Positions 40,251-53,409 of a DNA stretch of 64,000 nucleotides are shown here, in pieces. The notes beneath the pieces are model-generated. The model did not search any database. It was not told where the DNA came from and saw nothing but the letters and a program-made list of their open reading frames with translations. The translations under genes and the position numbers were made by a program. Numbering within the stretch: the stretch's first letter is position 1; each line of letters opens with the position of its first letter. Origin of the DNA: Camelus ferus. Lineage: Eukaryota. The stretch lies in NCBI RefSeq assembly GCF_009834535.1, contig NC_045696.1, positions 20,028,001-20,092,000 on the forward strand, in the 5' to 3' direction.

Positions 40251-41332
40251 TAAAATACTGACCCCTGTTTTAGGCAAAGACATTAGTATATAAATAGTAG
40301 ATAAATATATTTTGCAGAGGGATCTAAAAACAATTGGCTATTTATGGAGAGTATTGTGGAGGTATAAGAAGTAATGAGATTTAAGAGTTTCCCAGGAAAG
40401 GCAGAACAGGACATGTTTTATTTGTTTTGTCACTTCAAGCAGGTTGGATTTTGGCCAATCCATCAGGGTGAAGAAAGATAGGTAAAAAGTGATGACATTT
40501 GAAGTAGAATCACCTAGGAGAATTTTGAAAGGAATAACTTTTAACACCATGCCATATAACAGTGGGGAAAGGAGTAGGGTGGATTGGGAATAAATGCGTT
40601 AACATTTTTCTCCAGTAAACTTTTTCATTTGAGAACCACCACAATGTGTGCCAGAGCGACGGTGAGGAATTTGAGTCGGGGTTATGGTGCGGCCACACTT
40701 TCCTTTAGAAATATCATTCCTGAGACACTATGGAAATTTATTTAAGGGGGTCAAACAGAGAAAGAAAAATTATGAGATAGTTCAAATGAAAGATGATGAG
40801 AAATATTATAGGGTAGCTGATGGCAAGTTTGGTGAGGACAACTTTCTTGGTTTGGAGACAAATTTGGCTGAATGAATAATTCATAACCATCAGGGAAGGC
40901 TGAACAACATTGCACGGTCTCTGTATTTTAACTTGAGCTAATTATTAGATATTCAAGAAGTAAAACATTCAGAAACAGTGAGTTTGGTACCTGTGTGTGC
41001 AGGAAACTCAATTACTTCATTGTGGAAAATGTTGATTATTTTCCTATCAACTAGATAAATTAAAAACAAGTTAATAACAGTAATATTACTGTCCCTCAAT
41101 AGGAAAAACGTGGGTTTCTCTTCCATCATTTTCTGGTGGAATTGCATGCTTGATTTTTTTCAAGTAAGAATGAAGGTTGGTGATACATTGTGTTCCTGCA
41201 ATACTTGTAATTTTTTCCTAAAGAAATTATAGACTTCACTTGGGGCAATGTCAATGTTGAATGATCAGTCACTTCCCATGCAAAGATAAATGGTGCATCA
41301 CATCCAAATTATGACATGTTTTTCTATCACAG

Positions 41333-41403
41333 GAGAGAGAGTCAGAGAGAGAGAGAAAGGGAGAGAGAGAGAGAAAGAGGAGAGAGAGAAAGATGAGAGA
41401 GAG
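41333..41403 (+). repeat. (GA)n-rich polypurine tract
   Basis: Direct observation. Confidence 0.85.
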
Positions 41404-42499
41404 CACTATGGGGTAATGAGTCAAAGTAGTTTGAAGAATGACTTTAGCCATATTCCCATGTGGCTAATTGTACATTTTCAGGGGCAGAAATTTGACAATA
41501 ACTTTAACAAATCTTGTTCTTGTACATAACTATTTTGACATATACCTTTAAGTCGATGCCACTAAAACATTTGGTTTCTTTCTTCCTTGGCAGCATAGAG
41601 CTATTCAGTGCTAAGTATGACAAGAGTGATGGGTAGAGGGTCTGTCAAAGGATTTAGAGCCATCACGGAGGGAAGAGTGAGAAGGAAATGCTATTTATAA
41701 GATCCAAAGAAGAACAAAATCCCCATTAAGAATTGAGAGTTGAACATCACTTACCGGTGTCTCCTCTCTGGTCTCATATATCACTTGAAATTTATTGAAA
41801 CTTCAAGCACCTGGTAGCACACGGTGAGATTAAAGGTCTAACAACCTTACATATCCTTTCTAGAATTAGTTACCAGGGAGGATAACTAAGATCACAACTC
41901 ATCTTGATGTTTCTTTGTAGTTATTATTTTGGGGGCATGCAAATCATATGAGTGTTTACACTGTACATATTATTTTCAGGCTTAATGCTATATATATATC
42001 TTACAAAGTTTCTTAAAAGCATGATCTACACAGGGAATAGCTCTAAAGTCACAGGATAGCGTCAGAGACTAGTATGGGCAAATTTTTCTCTCTCAGTCAA
42101 TGCATCTCCAGCCACCGAAAGCAGAGGAAAAGTTGGATACTTTTTGCACACTATGTTATCATTGCATTTGCATTTCTCAGGGTTTAAACAATAAGACATT
42201 TATCACTTCTTCTTTTCCTTCAAAGTACTTATCTTGAAGATTAAAAGAAAAAAGTTGTTATCCATATCCATAGTAGTGAGGTCACTTGAATTACAAGTTT
42301 ATTTCTACCCATTTTATATATTTTTTAATGTTTTAACTTAAGAAGTAACAAAATTACCCCCAAATTTTTTAAAACTTCTCTTTTGGTAACTTAATATCAC
42401 ATTAAGTGAAAATTCAGGAAGTTAGCCTAATATAGATTTAAATCTATAAATCTAGGAATACCTGCTCAGTTATAAGAAAAGTAAAGAAAATTTATAGCA

Positions 42500-42770
42500 C
42501 AAGATAAAGCATATGATTAATTTAACTGGGATGACAGGGATTTGAACCTTCCTCAAGTTCAGAACTTGAGGAAGCTATGAACTCAAGTAAGTTACTTTAC
42601 CTCTCTCTGACCCGGATGACTGGTTTATATATTCAGCTACTTGTAACGTAGTAGTAATGTACTTGTACTATGTAACGTAGATTTAATGAATTATTAAATA
42701 TAAATCCCTTAGAAAACTACATAGTACATATTAGCTAATGAATAAATGTCAGCTATTTTCAACTATTAGC
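42500..42770 (+). mobile_element. MIR SINE (diverged)
   Basis: agctatgaactcaagtaagttactttacctctctctga...aataaatgtcagctatt. Confidence 0.5.
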
Positions 42771-43246
42771 TATTAATATCCTTTTCTCATAAAAAGTAAT
42801 TTTGAGCAAAACCCATTTTCTATATCTCTTCTATTGTTTTCCATGGCATGTAATAGAGCTTATAAAAGTGACTAAGGTAGGCACAGATATTTGACTTCAA
42901 ATGTAATGTTGTAATATAGAAAACATTCTGTTTCAGAGACAAATTAACCTAAACTATTTTCATGCAAACTTTCATATAATGATTGATGTTGCTATTCCAA
43001 ATAAAATGAAGAGTTGACGTTTTCTTGGCTAATGGAGTCTCAAGTCTTTACACTAAAAAGTGAGATCTTTGTATTGCCTCTAGCTTTTGTTCTTGCTAAA
43101 GGTTATCTAGATTTAATCATTACGTTAAAAAAAAATAGAAGTATCTATTACATATCCAGCCAGATAAATATTTAGGCACATAGATATCTGTAATCATGTA
43201 AATGGAAGCTTCTGTCTTCAATTCAAGCTAAGTACATACACATCCT

Positions 43247-43360
43247 CTCTCTCTCTCTACGTGTATGTATGTGTGTGTGTATATATATATATCCTAAGTG
43301 TATATACCTGTATATATATCCTAAGTGTATATACCTGTATATACTTTATGTATGTATATA
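43247..43360 (+). repeat. Compound microsatellite with a 27-bp tandem duplication
   Basis: tatatatatcctaagtgtatatacctg occurs twice (cctaag at 43293 and 43320). Confidence 0.85.
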
Positions 43361-44294
43361 TACTGTTAAATGTATTTAATTGATAGATCACTATCCTAAC
43401 TATGCCTCCGTATTCAGGGATAATACAACAGAAAATTACTGAAAACATCTCATATTTTTAAGACCAAGAAACAATCTATTATTTCCCGAATTAAAATGAG
43501 AGCCTCTGTTTTGTTGTAACACTGGGACACCTACAGCAGCTGTGTTGTCCTTGCTCCCTTTCAAATTCTATAGATAAGGTAACGTTGATGTAGTTTACTG
43601 CATTCTCTCCTCTCTGTGCTGGCTTCATTTCCTTGGTTCTTTGCAGTGTGACTGGACACAGAAGCCAGCCTAAACAGAACTCTCAACAGATCATGCTTAA
43701 CAAAGCCAGAGCTGGAGCCATCATTCTGTGCAGATCAGGGAGTCATCTCTACCTGTGGATGAGAATGAAGGGCATCACTTTGACATTAGACGATTTTTAA
43801 ATCTCTCTCAGACTTACCATCCTTCCCAGAAGCAGCTCTCGTCTCTCTGGCTCAACCAGAAGATAGACCTACAACTTTCCTCTCAGTGACTTCCCTCTGC
43901 CACCACTACTCAGTTAACATGAGAAGGAGGGGACCCAATATTGAAATGTATGGCATGACCCCTCCTGTGTCTTATTTAAATAGGCCCCTCTCTGAAATAT
44001 CTCCCATTTTATTAGACACACCAGAAGAGAGAATTTCAACTTTTTTAATTTTTTTTTTTTAGAAATGAAAGGAACCTGGTCCAATAAGGACCTACCCCCG
44101 CCGGAGTCTTTTGGAACAGTGTACAATTTAGAAATGCTTCTAAGGAAGGGATTAGAATAGGCATCTAAGAAGTTAGGCTGGCAGATTTATAGTAGAATAA
44201 CAGACTCAACATTTTTGGTTTCTCTTCTGTAAAGGTCATAAAAAATATTGCTAAATCGCTAAAACACCTTTGTAATAACCTAAGTGCTTCCCGC

Positions 44295-44332
44295 TTTATA
44301 CCAGTGTAGCTCAGTTACTACACTGGTATAAA
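44295..44332. repeat. Perfect 15-bp inverted repeat with 8-nt spacer
   Basis: tttataccagtgtag (44295-44309) / ctacactggtataaa (44318-44332). Confidence 0.95.
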
Positions 44333-45109
44333 AGCATTTCTGTCATGTAGAAAATTGGATGACTGTGGTTTTATGGCAGATTCGCAATTATTAATATTTA
44401 TGCCAATAATAGTTTAACAGTGCATCTATTTGTGTATATGGAGAGAAAACGCATATAGACAGATGTGTAAAATTGGAAAATAAACATATAACAAAAGATG
44501 TATATATATATAGAACCGAGAGTACATACAGGTACATCAAACAAGAAACATTTTCAGTGACCATAATATTTATTTCTCATTTTAAAATTGGCAACGTTAC
44601 AGACAACTGGAAATGGCAATGAACAATGCAGCTAATAGGCAAACAGTTTCAATAAAAGTCTAAAAATAAAGAGTATGTACAAAGTGTATTTCTTTCTGCT
44701 TTTAATCTTAAATGGCAGAAATTAACACACTTAAGTAACCATCTGTTTTCTTCGAGTAGAAATCATTCTAATTTCTCACTTTCTTATCCTGAGAACAGCT
44801 GTCAGCCAGGAGGGCAGAGCTGAAATGTATTGCTCACATCACATGACTCATGGGACAAACTCCACTACTCCTTAACACTCAAAACTTTACTTAAGACGCT
44901 TACAAAGTAGCTCTTGTTTCGTCTGGTTCACCATCACCCCTTTCCTTTCTCCTCTGCTGTACTTTTTCTTTTTTCTTTTCTTTTATCTCTTTGATGATAA
45001 TCATCAAATCTGTGAAGGACTGTGTTCTGTCTTATTTATGATAATTCTCTCAAGAAATATTTCAGAGCTGAGTCACTGACCATTTGAAAAATCCTTGCAG
45101 GCCATTTTG

Positions 45110-45735
45110 AATATTTTATTGAAGTATTTGTATACAGATATGTTATACATATATGTGCAGCTCAGTTAGCTTTTGCAAACTGAACATATCCGTGGAACCA
45201 GAACCCATATCAAGAATACAAATATTCCCAGCATTCCAGAAGTTTCCATCATGTTCCATTTATGTCCGTATCTGCCTGTTTGAAATGTAACCACTCTTTT
45301 GAATTCTAAAAACTAAAATAGGTTCATTTTTCATGATGGTGTTTTGCTCTATTTTTGGCTTCAGCTTTTGAGTTTCTTTGTTCACTGTGATTTAGCTTTT
45401 TTCTTAGCTCTGGATAATATATTTTTAAATTGAGTTAAAGCCTACACACAGTTGAATGTACAAGTGTACAAATATTAAGTGTACAATTTGATAAGTTTTG
45501 ACACAGTGTAATCAACATCTCAATAGAGATACAATCATCTAAGGAAATTTTGTGTGCTGTCTTCCAGTCCACACACACCACAGACAAAAGCCATTCTGAT
45601 TTCTGTCACTTTAAATTTATTTTGCCTGGCTTTAGCATTTCATATAAATGGGAAGATACAGTATGCATGTATTTTTCGGTCTGGCTTCTTCTTCAATCAA
45701 CATATCGTAATTAAAATTCATCCATGTTGCTTCGT
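45110..45735 (-). mobile_element. Old L1M 3'-UTR fragments
   Basis: ttttattgaagtattt..., acaaatattaagtgtacaatttgataagttttgaca, ttcatataaatgggaagatacagtatg...attcatccatgttg. Confidence 0.65.
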
Positions 45736-47409
45736 AAGTCACAGGTGCCAGCTAGCCAATTGAGTAAGACGGTTTGCAGAGCACCAGCCTTAGCATAATA
45801 AGCATGAATGTGGAAGGCAAAGTCTGAAGCAAAGACACAGTAGCTTAATAAATGACACAAGCAAAGAAGGTGAGTATGGAGGCTGTTGCAATGATTGATA
45901 GTGCATGATCGAGAGTGGGGAGAATGGAAGAGAAAGTCCAGTATGGGTTAAACAAATACAAGGTAATTTATGACTTCAAAATTGGCTCAGACCAGAAGCT
46001 AGCTGAAAAATAAATAAATAAGTAAATAAGCAAATGAATGGATGAATGAAATGCAATGAAATAAAATACAAAATCACCAGACTGGAAACACTGAGATAAC
46101 TGATGTGAAGGTTTGGAAGTATTTCCACTAACTACAGGGATAATTGAACCTGATTGAGAAAAGTAGTTATCGACTGACTTATTCTTTACTCAAGAAATAG
46201 CGTTCTCTCATCAACAGAAACATAGAAACGTCATTTATTTCTAACTGTAAAGTCTGACCCAGAGACCCATATCTCTACTAACTGGAAAACTGGATAGTTA
46301 CCATTATGCTGGACAGCTGATACATTTTGAAGAGGTTTTTGTACTCCTGCCCATAGTTTTATAGCCATTTGGGGATTGCAATTCTAAGAAATCAATGCAG
46401 CAGCGAGTCAGAAATACGGAAAGTGGTGCAGAAGTATACAGTGTAGCCATCTAGAAGCATTTTCATCCCAAATAGAGCACTTTCAGCAGGGTGGGTATGA
46501 GAATATTCCTGGAAATAGTGCATTCTCAGCGTTCTGTTGTCCTTTGTATTAGATTATCAGAAAACCAAGCAGTGGTCTTAATTGGAGCTCAGTATAGAAA
46601 CCCTGTGTTCTATGGATGCAGTTGGCTTATGGGAATAGGACACAACACTGCATTCTACAAACCAACCTTCATGTCTCAGTATGAGGAAGAATATAGCCAG
46701 TGCTTATGGAAAAAGTGTGTCCAAGTAAGGGACATTCCTGCACCTTGATTATTAAAAATAATGGATCTGAATAAATTTCTTTCTACCCAATCTCTAATAA
46801 AGAAATTAAAGGAAAAAAGCAAAGGTTCTTATGAAATTCTTTTTATTGAAGTATATTTGGTTTACAATGTTGTGTTAGTTTCAGGAGTAAAATTTTACAT
46901 AAAGTGAAGCAAAGGAAGTATTACCATGAAGATGCAAGAGAAAAGCAAATATCTGAAAATTATCTACTGCAGAAACCCAAAGAAAATTATGAATATCTTT
47001 TTCATGGACAGAAGTAGCCTTTATGAAAAAAGAACATAACTTAGTAAGGAGAACATAGGTAGCTTGCCTAAGTCAAAGAACTTTGGGTTGTGAAAAATAG
47101 AAATCTATTTCTACCAAGATCAAGGAGGGGAAAAAAACATAGGAGAGATTTTATGAAAGGATCCAGGCTGTGCCAGGAAATTCAAGGGTTGTAAGTCCTC
47201 AAAAGGAACTCTTCCCAACAATGTAAAAAATTTGGGAGTCTGAAACATGGTGGTCACTCTACCTATCCTTTAAGCATCTGTCTTCACATTTGCCTCACTT
47301 TTCTCTCTACAGAGCAGTTGCCCATGCAATGCAAGCCTGTCAATGTTTTAACCAATAGAACTTGGAGCTCTGAAGCAAATACCAGTCACCAGATATCACT
47401 TGCTCTCTA

Positions 47410-50400
47410 TCAGGACTTTATATTCCCACTTCTCTCAGTCACTGGATATGGGCTGTCCTGAGTAGCATGTGACTTCCAGGAAGGCAATTCTTTGTAGCTG
47501 AGACAAGACACAAAGGAGGTAACAGCTACAGTTGTCCACTGACTGCACTCCCTGCAGCTGAGCAGCAAGAGATTTCTAGAAGGGGAATCTGGATGGAGCA
47601 TATCTGTGACCACCACAGTACACCCCCTTGTACCTTTTGGATCTGCCTGTCCATACACTTTCAGTGATCAGCTTCTCCATGAACCCACAGGGCTCTCTAC
47701 CTGAAGGGAAACTTAGAAGAAAGGAGTCAGTTGGATGAACTGCATCCCTGATGCTGTAGCAATTCTCAGGGCCCCACTGATACTCAGACTCTTCCCTCTG
47801 CCATTCAGTCTCTTCCACCTTCATCCCCAGCTAGCACCTCTGCTGGCCTCCAGGATGACTTCGTGATTAGGACCAGACCCTCGCCTAGAGAACCTGACCT
47901 CCTGATCAACATAACCTCTCAAGTCAGGTTGCTGTGTTTGTCTTTTTACAGTCACAGTTGGACAAGGAATTACCAAGAGGCGCCTAGCTGGATTATCTGG
48001 TCTTCACACATCTTCTTCACTTATTCTTACCTGTTCATGATGATCAGGGATGGTTAACACTGCCAAAATGATGACTTCACTACTTTTTTTCTTGTCCCTA
48101 ACATAAGGAGTCCAAAGTAGTGCAGGTGGCAGCTATAGTTTGTAGATAAATGGATCTCTTGCTATTTTCCCTGGCAAAAGTCTGACTCCTTTAGAACCCA
48201 AATGTCTACTCTAAAGACCCTGCGTTGCAGGAATGGGAAGTACAAAGTCCTCTGGTGGGTCATTGAAATGATGGCAAATGTCTCTAGCTGCTTCCAGTCC
48301 TTGGATGGTAGAGCCATGAACTCTTTATTGGGAAACAGAGCCATATAAAAGTCTTTGATTCAATGTGTATGCTGCCTCCTGGGGGAACGGCATCCCACTT
48401 TCAAAGAATATTACGTCCAGACTGATGACTCAGGTATATATCAACCATTGCTTTAATTGTTCAGCAGGTGATCAGATCCTGAGTGATGTAGTGTGTGATC
48501 TGACCAGTGAATCCATGGTCATGGACCTACTTCTGTGCTGAAAAGTGGACCCCTTGGTCCCAGGTGATATTAGATGAGATCCAGGCCATTGGACTAAACA
48601 ATCTGCAAACATTCAAATAGTGGTAATTGTTGAGGGCCTAGGGCAAGAAAGACAAACTCATATCCAAAATATGTATCCATTTCTGTGAGACCAGACTGCT
48701 GGCCATCCTAGTATGGAAAGAGACTACTGTAGGTATCTTATCAGTGAGTGGCTGGATTGTCTCCTAGAGGAATAGTGCCACATTAGGGCCTTGGCATCAT
48801 CTTTATTTCTAGCAAGCTGGACATCTGACAGTGACTGTAGCTGGATCAGCCTTGAGAACTGAAGGTCCATTCTGTTGGGTCATGCATATTATTCTCCACC
48901 TTTGTCACAGTGAGGACTCCTTGTACAGGTGCTGGCGTGGTTAATAGCACAGATTGGTAGATGTGATAACTACCCAGTAATATTGTTCTCTTGTTTGTTT
49001 AATTCAACATTTGTGGTGGAATGTCCTTTGGTGGTTGTTAGCATGTGACAGAAAGATCTTCCCTTTGTGATGCTCCAATATGTCCATCCTCATGCCTCTC
49101 CCTCTGAATTCCTTGTTTTTTCCTATAATTTTCTTTCCAGGCCATGACGAACTGGCCAAGCCATTCACAACTACTTTTAAGAAATATATTTGATGACCTT
49201 GGGCCCCCTTTGTTCCATAAAAAGTAGGTAATGCTCCTGAAACTCTGCTTATTGGGAGCATTTTTACCAAGCTCTATCTTTCTAGATCACCCTTGAAAGA
49301 AGCATAATGCAGCCACCATCCATTTTTTTTTTTTTTTACTATTAATCAGCTAGCAAGCCAGGCCATCTATAAACCAAATGGGCATGTTTTCTTTTGTTTC
49401 CTTAAAGTGATTCAATGAGAACGGCCTATTTATAGGCATAAGTTGAAGAAAGAACATGGGTGCAACAATGTTGGGAGCCATGGAGTTGTGGTCTACCTGC
49501 TGTGTGTGCAGCTTACATCTGCCTTATAGTTACGCTAAAGCTCAAGCCTACATGTACGATTTCCATGTTAAAAGTGGATGGTGGTGGGTCCACCTGACTT
49601 GATGAGTTGGTGAATCTGTTAGGACCTGGTTAATAATGGACTGCTCTGGTCTCACAGTAACATAGTATTCCAAGGCATTCCTTTTCTACCTGAGTCTAGT
49701 GCAAGTCTAAGATTTGTTTTTCACAAGGTTTATAACTTCCTGCTGCTGCTAACATTATCTTCTTCTAGAATTCCTGAGGCCTTTGTGCAATTCACTGAGT
49801 CTTTGCACAAATGCCACGTGTTCACTGATACCTCCTACATTACAGGATCTGTTGGATCATATGGGCCACATGGGAGTACCATTTTCTCTGAAGCCTAGAT
49901 AATCTGCAGACATTTTTCCCTCTCTGAGCACCACTTAAAGCTGGCAACCTTTCACATCAAAAGTATATGAAGCAGGGAGAGGATATAGCTCAGTGGTAGG
50001 ATGCATGCTTAGCATGCATGAAGTCCTGAGTTCAATCCCCAGTACCTCCATTTAAAAAATACATACATGCATATATACATAAACCTAATTACCTCTCCCC
50101 CTCAAAAATATTTAAAGAGTATATGAACCATAAAAATATTAATAAGTATGGAATGTGTTGCCTCCAGAACCCCAAAGACCTAACAGACTTTATACTTCCT
50201 TCTTAATGGTAGGAATTGCAAGATGTAGTTAAGTATCTTTTACACTGGAGGGGATGCTGTTGACCACTATACTTCTAAAAGTTTTACTGACGTGATAGGT
50301 CATTGAATATTCACATGTAACCCTCCAAGCCCATCAGTGCATCAGCTCACTCAGCCCAATAAGCAGGATCTTATCAATATAATGGATCAATGGTCTAGGC

Positions 50401-50911
50401 CTAGGTCTCTTCAGATAATATTATAACAGAAGTGTGAAAATTAATATAACCCTGGGACCAAACTCTAAATGCATATTATTTGGGTAGCAGGATGATTCTA
50501 CTGGATTGCATACACTGATACACAGTTTAGAGTGCAAGCTATTCACTAAGGACCAATATTTTTGAAAGGAAAGAATAGGACGTAGAAGTGTGGAGAGGGA
50601 TAAACTGAAAAAAAAAAAAAAAAAAAAAGCAAGCTCACCAAAGCTTTGGCAAATGCTGAAGCAAATATTGCTCATGAAGTTTGTCTGCCTTGGGGCTGAT
50701 ATGGCTAAGCATTTACACTCCTGCTACACTGTGTCACCAAATGTGGCTTATTCTAGAAAAAGCATGACCTAGAACAAGACCGTTTTTGCAGTTGAGGCTG
50801 GCCCTGAAGAAGTTGACAGCTGGAGGCTGAATGATAATTCTCTTCCCTGAAGGTGAACAGTATATTCTTCTTGTAGTAAGATCTCATTGGCATATACCAC
50901 TGTCTACCACA
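47410..50911 (-). mobile_element. Deleted ERVL provirus (ERV3-16A3/LTR16-like): 5' LTR about 50482-50911, pol remnants about 47618-50400, partial 3' LTR 47410-47617
   Basis: Both LTRs begin tgtgg on the minus strand (50911, 47617). Polypurine tract aagggggtgtac precedes the 3' LTR. RT motif remnant LIHYIDKILL (YxDD decayed, 50370-50381). dUTPase-like LPP..(H)FGLL..VIILAVL segment at about 48040-48135. No open frames. Confidence 0.8.
49975..50114 (+). mobile_element. Camelid tRNA-derived SINE (Vic-1 type) inserted in ERVL pol
   Basis: gggagaggatatagctcagtggtagg...gagttcaatccccagtacctcc...aaacctaattacctctccc. 16-bp TSD aaaagtatatgaagca (49959-49974) / aagagtatatgaacca (50115-50130). Confidence 0.92.
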
Positions 50912-51844
50912 GAGGAACTATAATTTTAGAAAGAAGGTATTTAAAAATTGAGCAGATACTCCAAAATATATTAGAAACAGGAATAAAGCAAAAATTAGCA
51001 AGATGAGATACAAAGAAAGATGAGTAAAATAAGATAGAATTGCAAAAACGTTTTAAGTAAATCAATTTAAAAAGAGAAGTAGCCAAGAACAGTAAATTAT
51101 AGGACACACTGAAGCACTCTGCCCAAATTTAAGTGAAATCAAAAGAGATAAAGGAAAGATAGCCATTCAAAAATATTAGGTCAAAAAACAAAACAAAACA
51201 GGGAGCCAAAGTAAGACTTACAGCTACTTTGATAAGAAAAAAGAAAAATTATAACAAAGTAATAATTCAAGAAATACTATATTTAATCAGTTCTAAAATC
51301 CTATTTTTTCTACATGTTAATGTTTTTGAAATAAGGAAGCAGCTTACAATAAAGGTCATAATTTAATTGGACTTTTACTTTCATAGTAAAATATAAAATA
51401 GTGGTATGTTGCACCCCTGATGGGGATATAGAATTGATAAAACTGGATAAATGAAGAAAAAAAACTGTCACAAAACAAAAAAAAAGGAAAGAACTAGTCA
51501 AAAAGACTGAATTTTCAAACTGGATACAGACTGAAAAGAATCCTCAGTGAGAAGAGACCAGTGCCTAGAATGTAAGATCCATGAAGTTGGGGACTTTGTT
51601 TGCTGCAGTATTCACAACTCCAAGAATGTTGCCAGGCACTTAGTAGATACAAAAAAAGTTTTTCAATTAATTGAATAAATCCTGATACAGTTTAAATTAT
51701 AAAAATAAAGAAAAATTATACATGTTGCCAAACAGTTTAACTCATGGTTTAAGAGTAGTCTGGAGCTAGACTGCACTTGAAATGCTGGTTCTACCATTGC
51801 AGAAGAGACTGATAAAGATTACTTATAACTAATTATCATCCCCT

Positions 51845-52186
51845 CCAGATCACATGACAGGATTATATCTGCTATCACCATATTTGCAGTTAGACAGAGC
51901 CACATGATTAGTTCTGGCACATAAGTCTGGCCAGTGTATATCACTTTTGTTTGAGTCATTTAATTGCCAGTATAAGACCCTCTGCACTCTCTTCCCAGAC
52001 GGCTTTGGGCTTGGAGGCACAGGCTGGGCCATCAGATCAAGCAGTTGAATTCCGAAACAACTCAAGAAGTATCCTTGCCTTGAAACATTACATGACTCTG
52101 AGTAGGACTTTCATTCAAAAGTAACCCTTTGTGAATTTCTGGAGTTGTTAGTTACTGCAACATAATTTAGCCATCTTGTCTAACTA
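51845..52186 (+). mobile_element. MaLR LTR (MLT1I/J-like), apparently splitting a MIR
   Basis: gccacatgattagttctggc...catttaattgccagtataagaccctc...gttactgcaacataatttagccatcttg. MIR-like pieces at about 51745-51800 and 52200-52350. Confidence 0.55.
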
Positions 52187-52931
52187 AAAAGGCACTTAAA
52201 TGTTGAGTGACATTACATAAGAATTTATCCTCCTATAAGTCAGTTTTCTTATCTTTAAAATGGTTAATGATTTTACATACTTTATGGCTTTTGCAAGGGT
52301 TAAACATACTATTCTATGTAAAAGAGTTCTGAAAGTTCCTGGCTGATATTCAGAGTGCATTAAGACAAAGGAAAATAAAAAAAGTAAAGGAAAGATATCC
52401 ACATGGGAGAAAAATTAGATTGACCACAGTTTCAGGATATAATGGAAAAATGCATTCAGAATTAAGAAGGAAATGATCTGCTCCCTTGGTAATTTTATAA
52501 CTAGTGAAATTCTTTCATATGTAAAGGCAACAAAAATATTCTCATATATAAGAACACGGAAAGTGTAAGCACTTGGAAAAATCACTTGAAGATAGATCTT
52601 AGGCAAAAGCAAAGAGATGATCAAGATTAGTAATTCAAGATGGAGAGAATTATGATAAAAATGTCTTATCTAGACGGCTCTTACCTGGTTTGAATCTCAG
52701 TCTAATAAATGTGATTAGGTGGAATTTTGTAGGTAGTGCAGCTGCACTCCGTATCTGTCGGGTAAAACTAAGCCCTGCCTGACTTTGCCCACAATTTCTT
52801 GTTCTCCTTCTCTTCCTTCTTCAGGGAATTAATAATACAAAGAGAGTGAAGGCATATTTTTGAGTGGGTGTCAGTACTGGGTGAAAATATTTTTGATTAA
52901 GAAGAGCTTAGAAAGCTAAAAATATTTTATG

Positions 52932-53409
52932 TGTGGGTATGTTGAATTATGGCTTCCTGAGATGTCCTAATTCCCAGAACCTGTGACCGTTACCTTAAAT
53001 AGCAAACGACACTTTGCAGAGGTGATTAAGTTGAAGATTTTGAAATGGGAAAATTATCCTGGATTATGTAAATGGGCCCACTGTAATCACAACGGTCCAT
53101 ATAAAAGGGACACAGGAGGAGTTGGAGTCAGATAGAAGGCAATGTAACTACTGAAACCAAGGGACTGAGAATGAGATTTGAAGATGCTACACTTCCAGCT
53201 TTGAAATCAGAGGAAGAAGACCATGAGCCAAAGGATATAGGTGACCTCTGGAAGCTAGAAAGGGCAAGGAAATGGAATCTTTCCTGGAACCTCAGAGAAC
53301 CCAGTCCTGCTGACCCCTTTTAGACTTGTAACTTCCAGAACGAACATGTGTTGTTTTAAGCCACTAAATTTGTTGTAATTTCTTAAAGTAGCAATAAGAA
53401 ATAAATACT
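52932..53409 (+). mobile_element. MaLR solo LTR (MLT1D-like)
   Basis: ctttgcagaggtgattaagttgaagattttgaaatggg...ggaagctagaaagggcaaggaaatggaatc...ttttaagccactaaatttg...gcaataagaaataaatac. Confidence 0.85.

Noticed and set aside
42431..42448. 18-bp perfect palindrome tatagatttaaatctata
   Set aside because: Very AT-rich, so plausibly by chance; no supporting context.
46838..46890. Very short L1 3' tail
   Set aside because: Probably real but only about 50 bp with an uncertain TSD; uninformative.
49975..50050. tRNA-Ala-like gene
   Set aside because: It is the head of a Vic-1-type SINE with tail and TSD.
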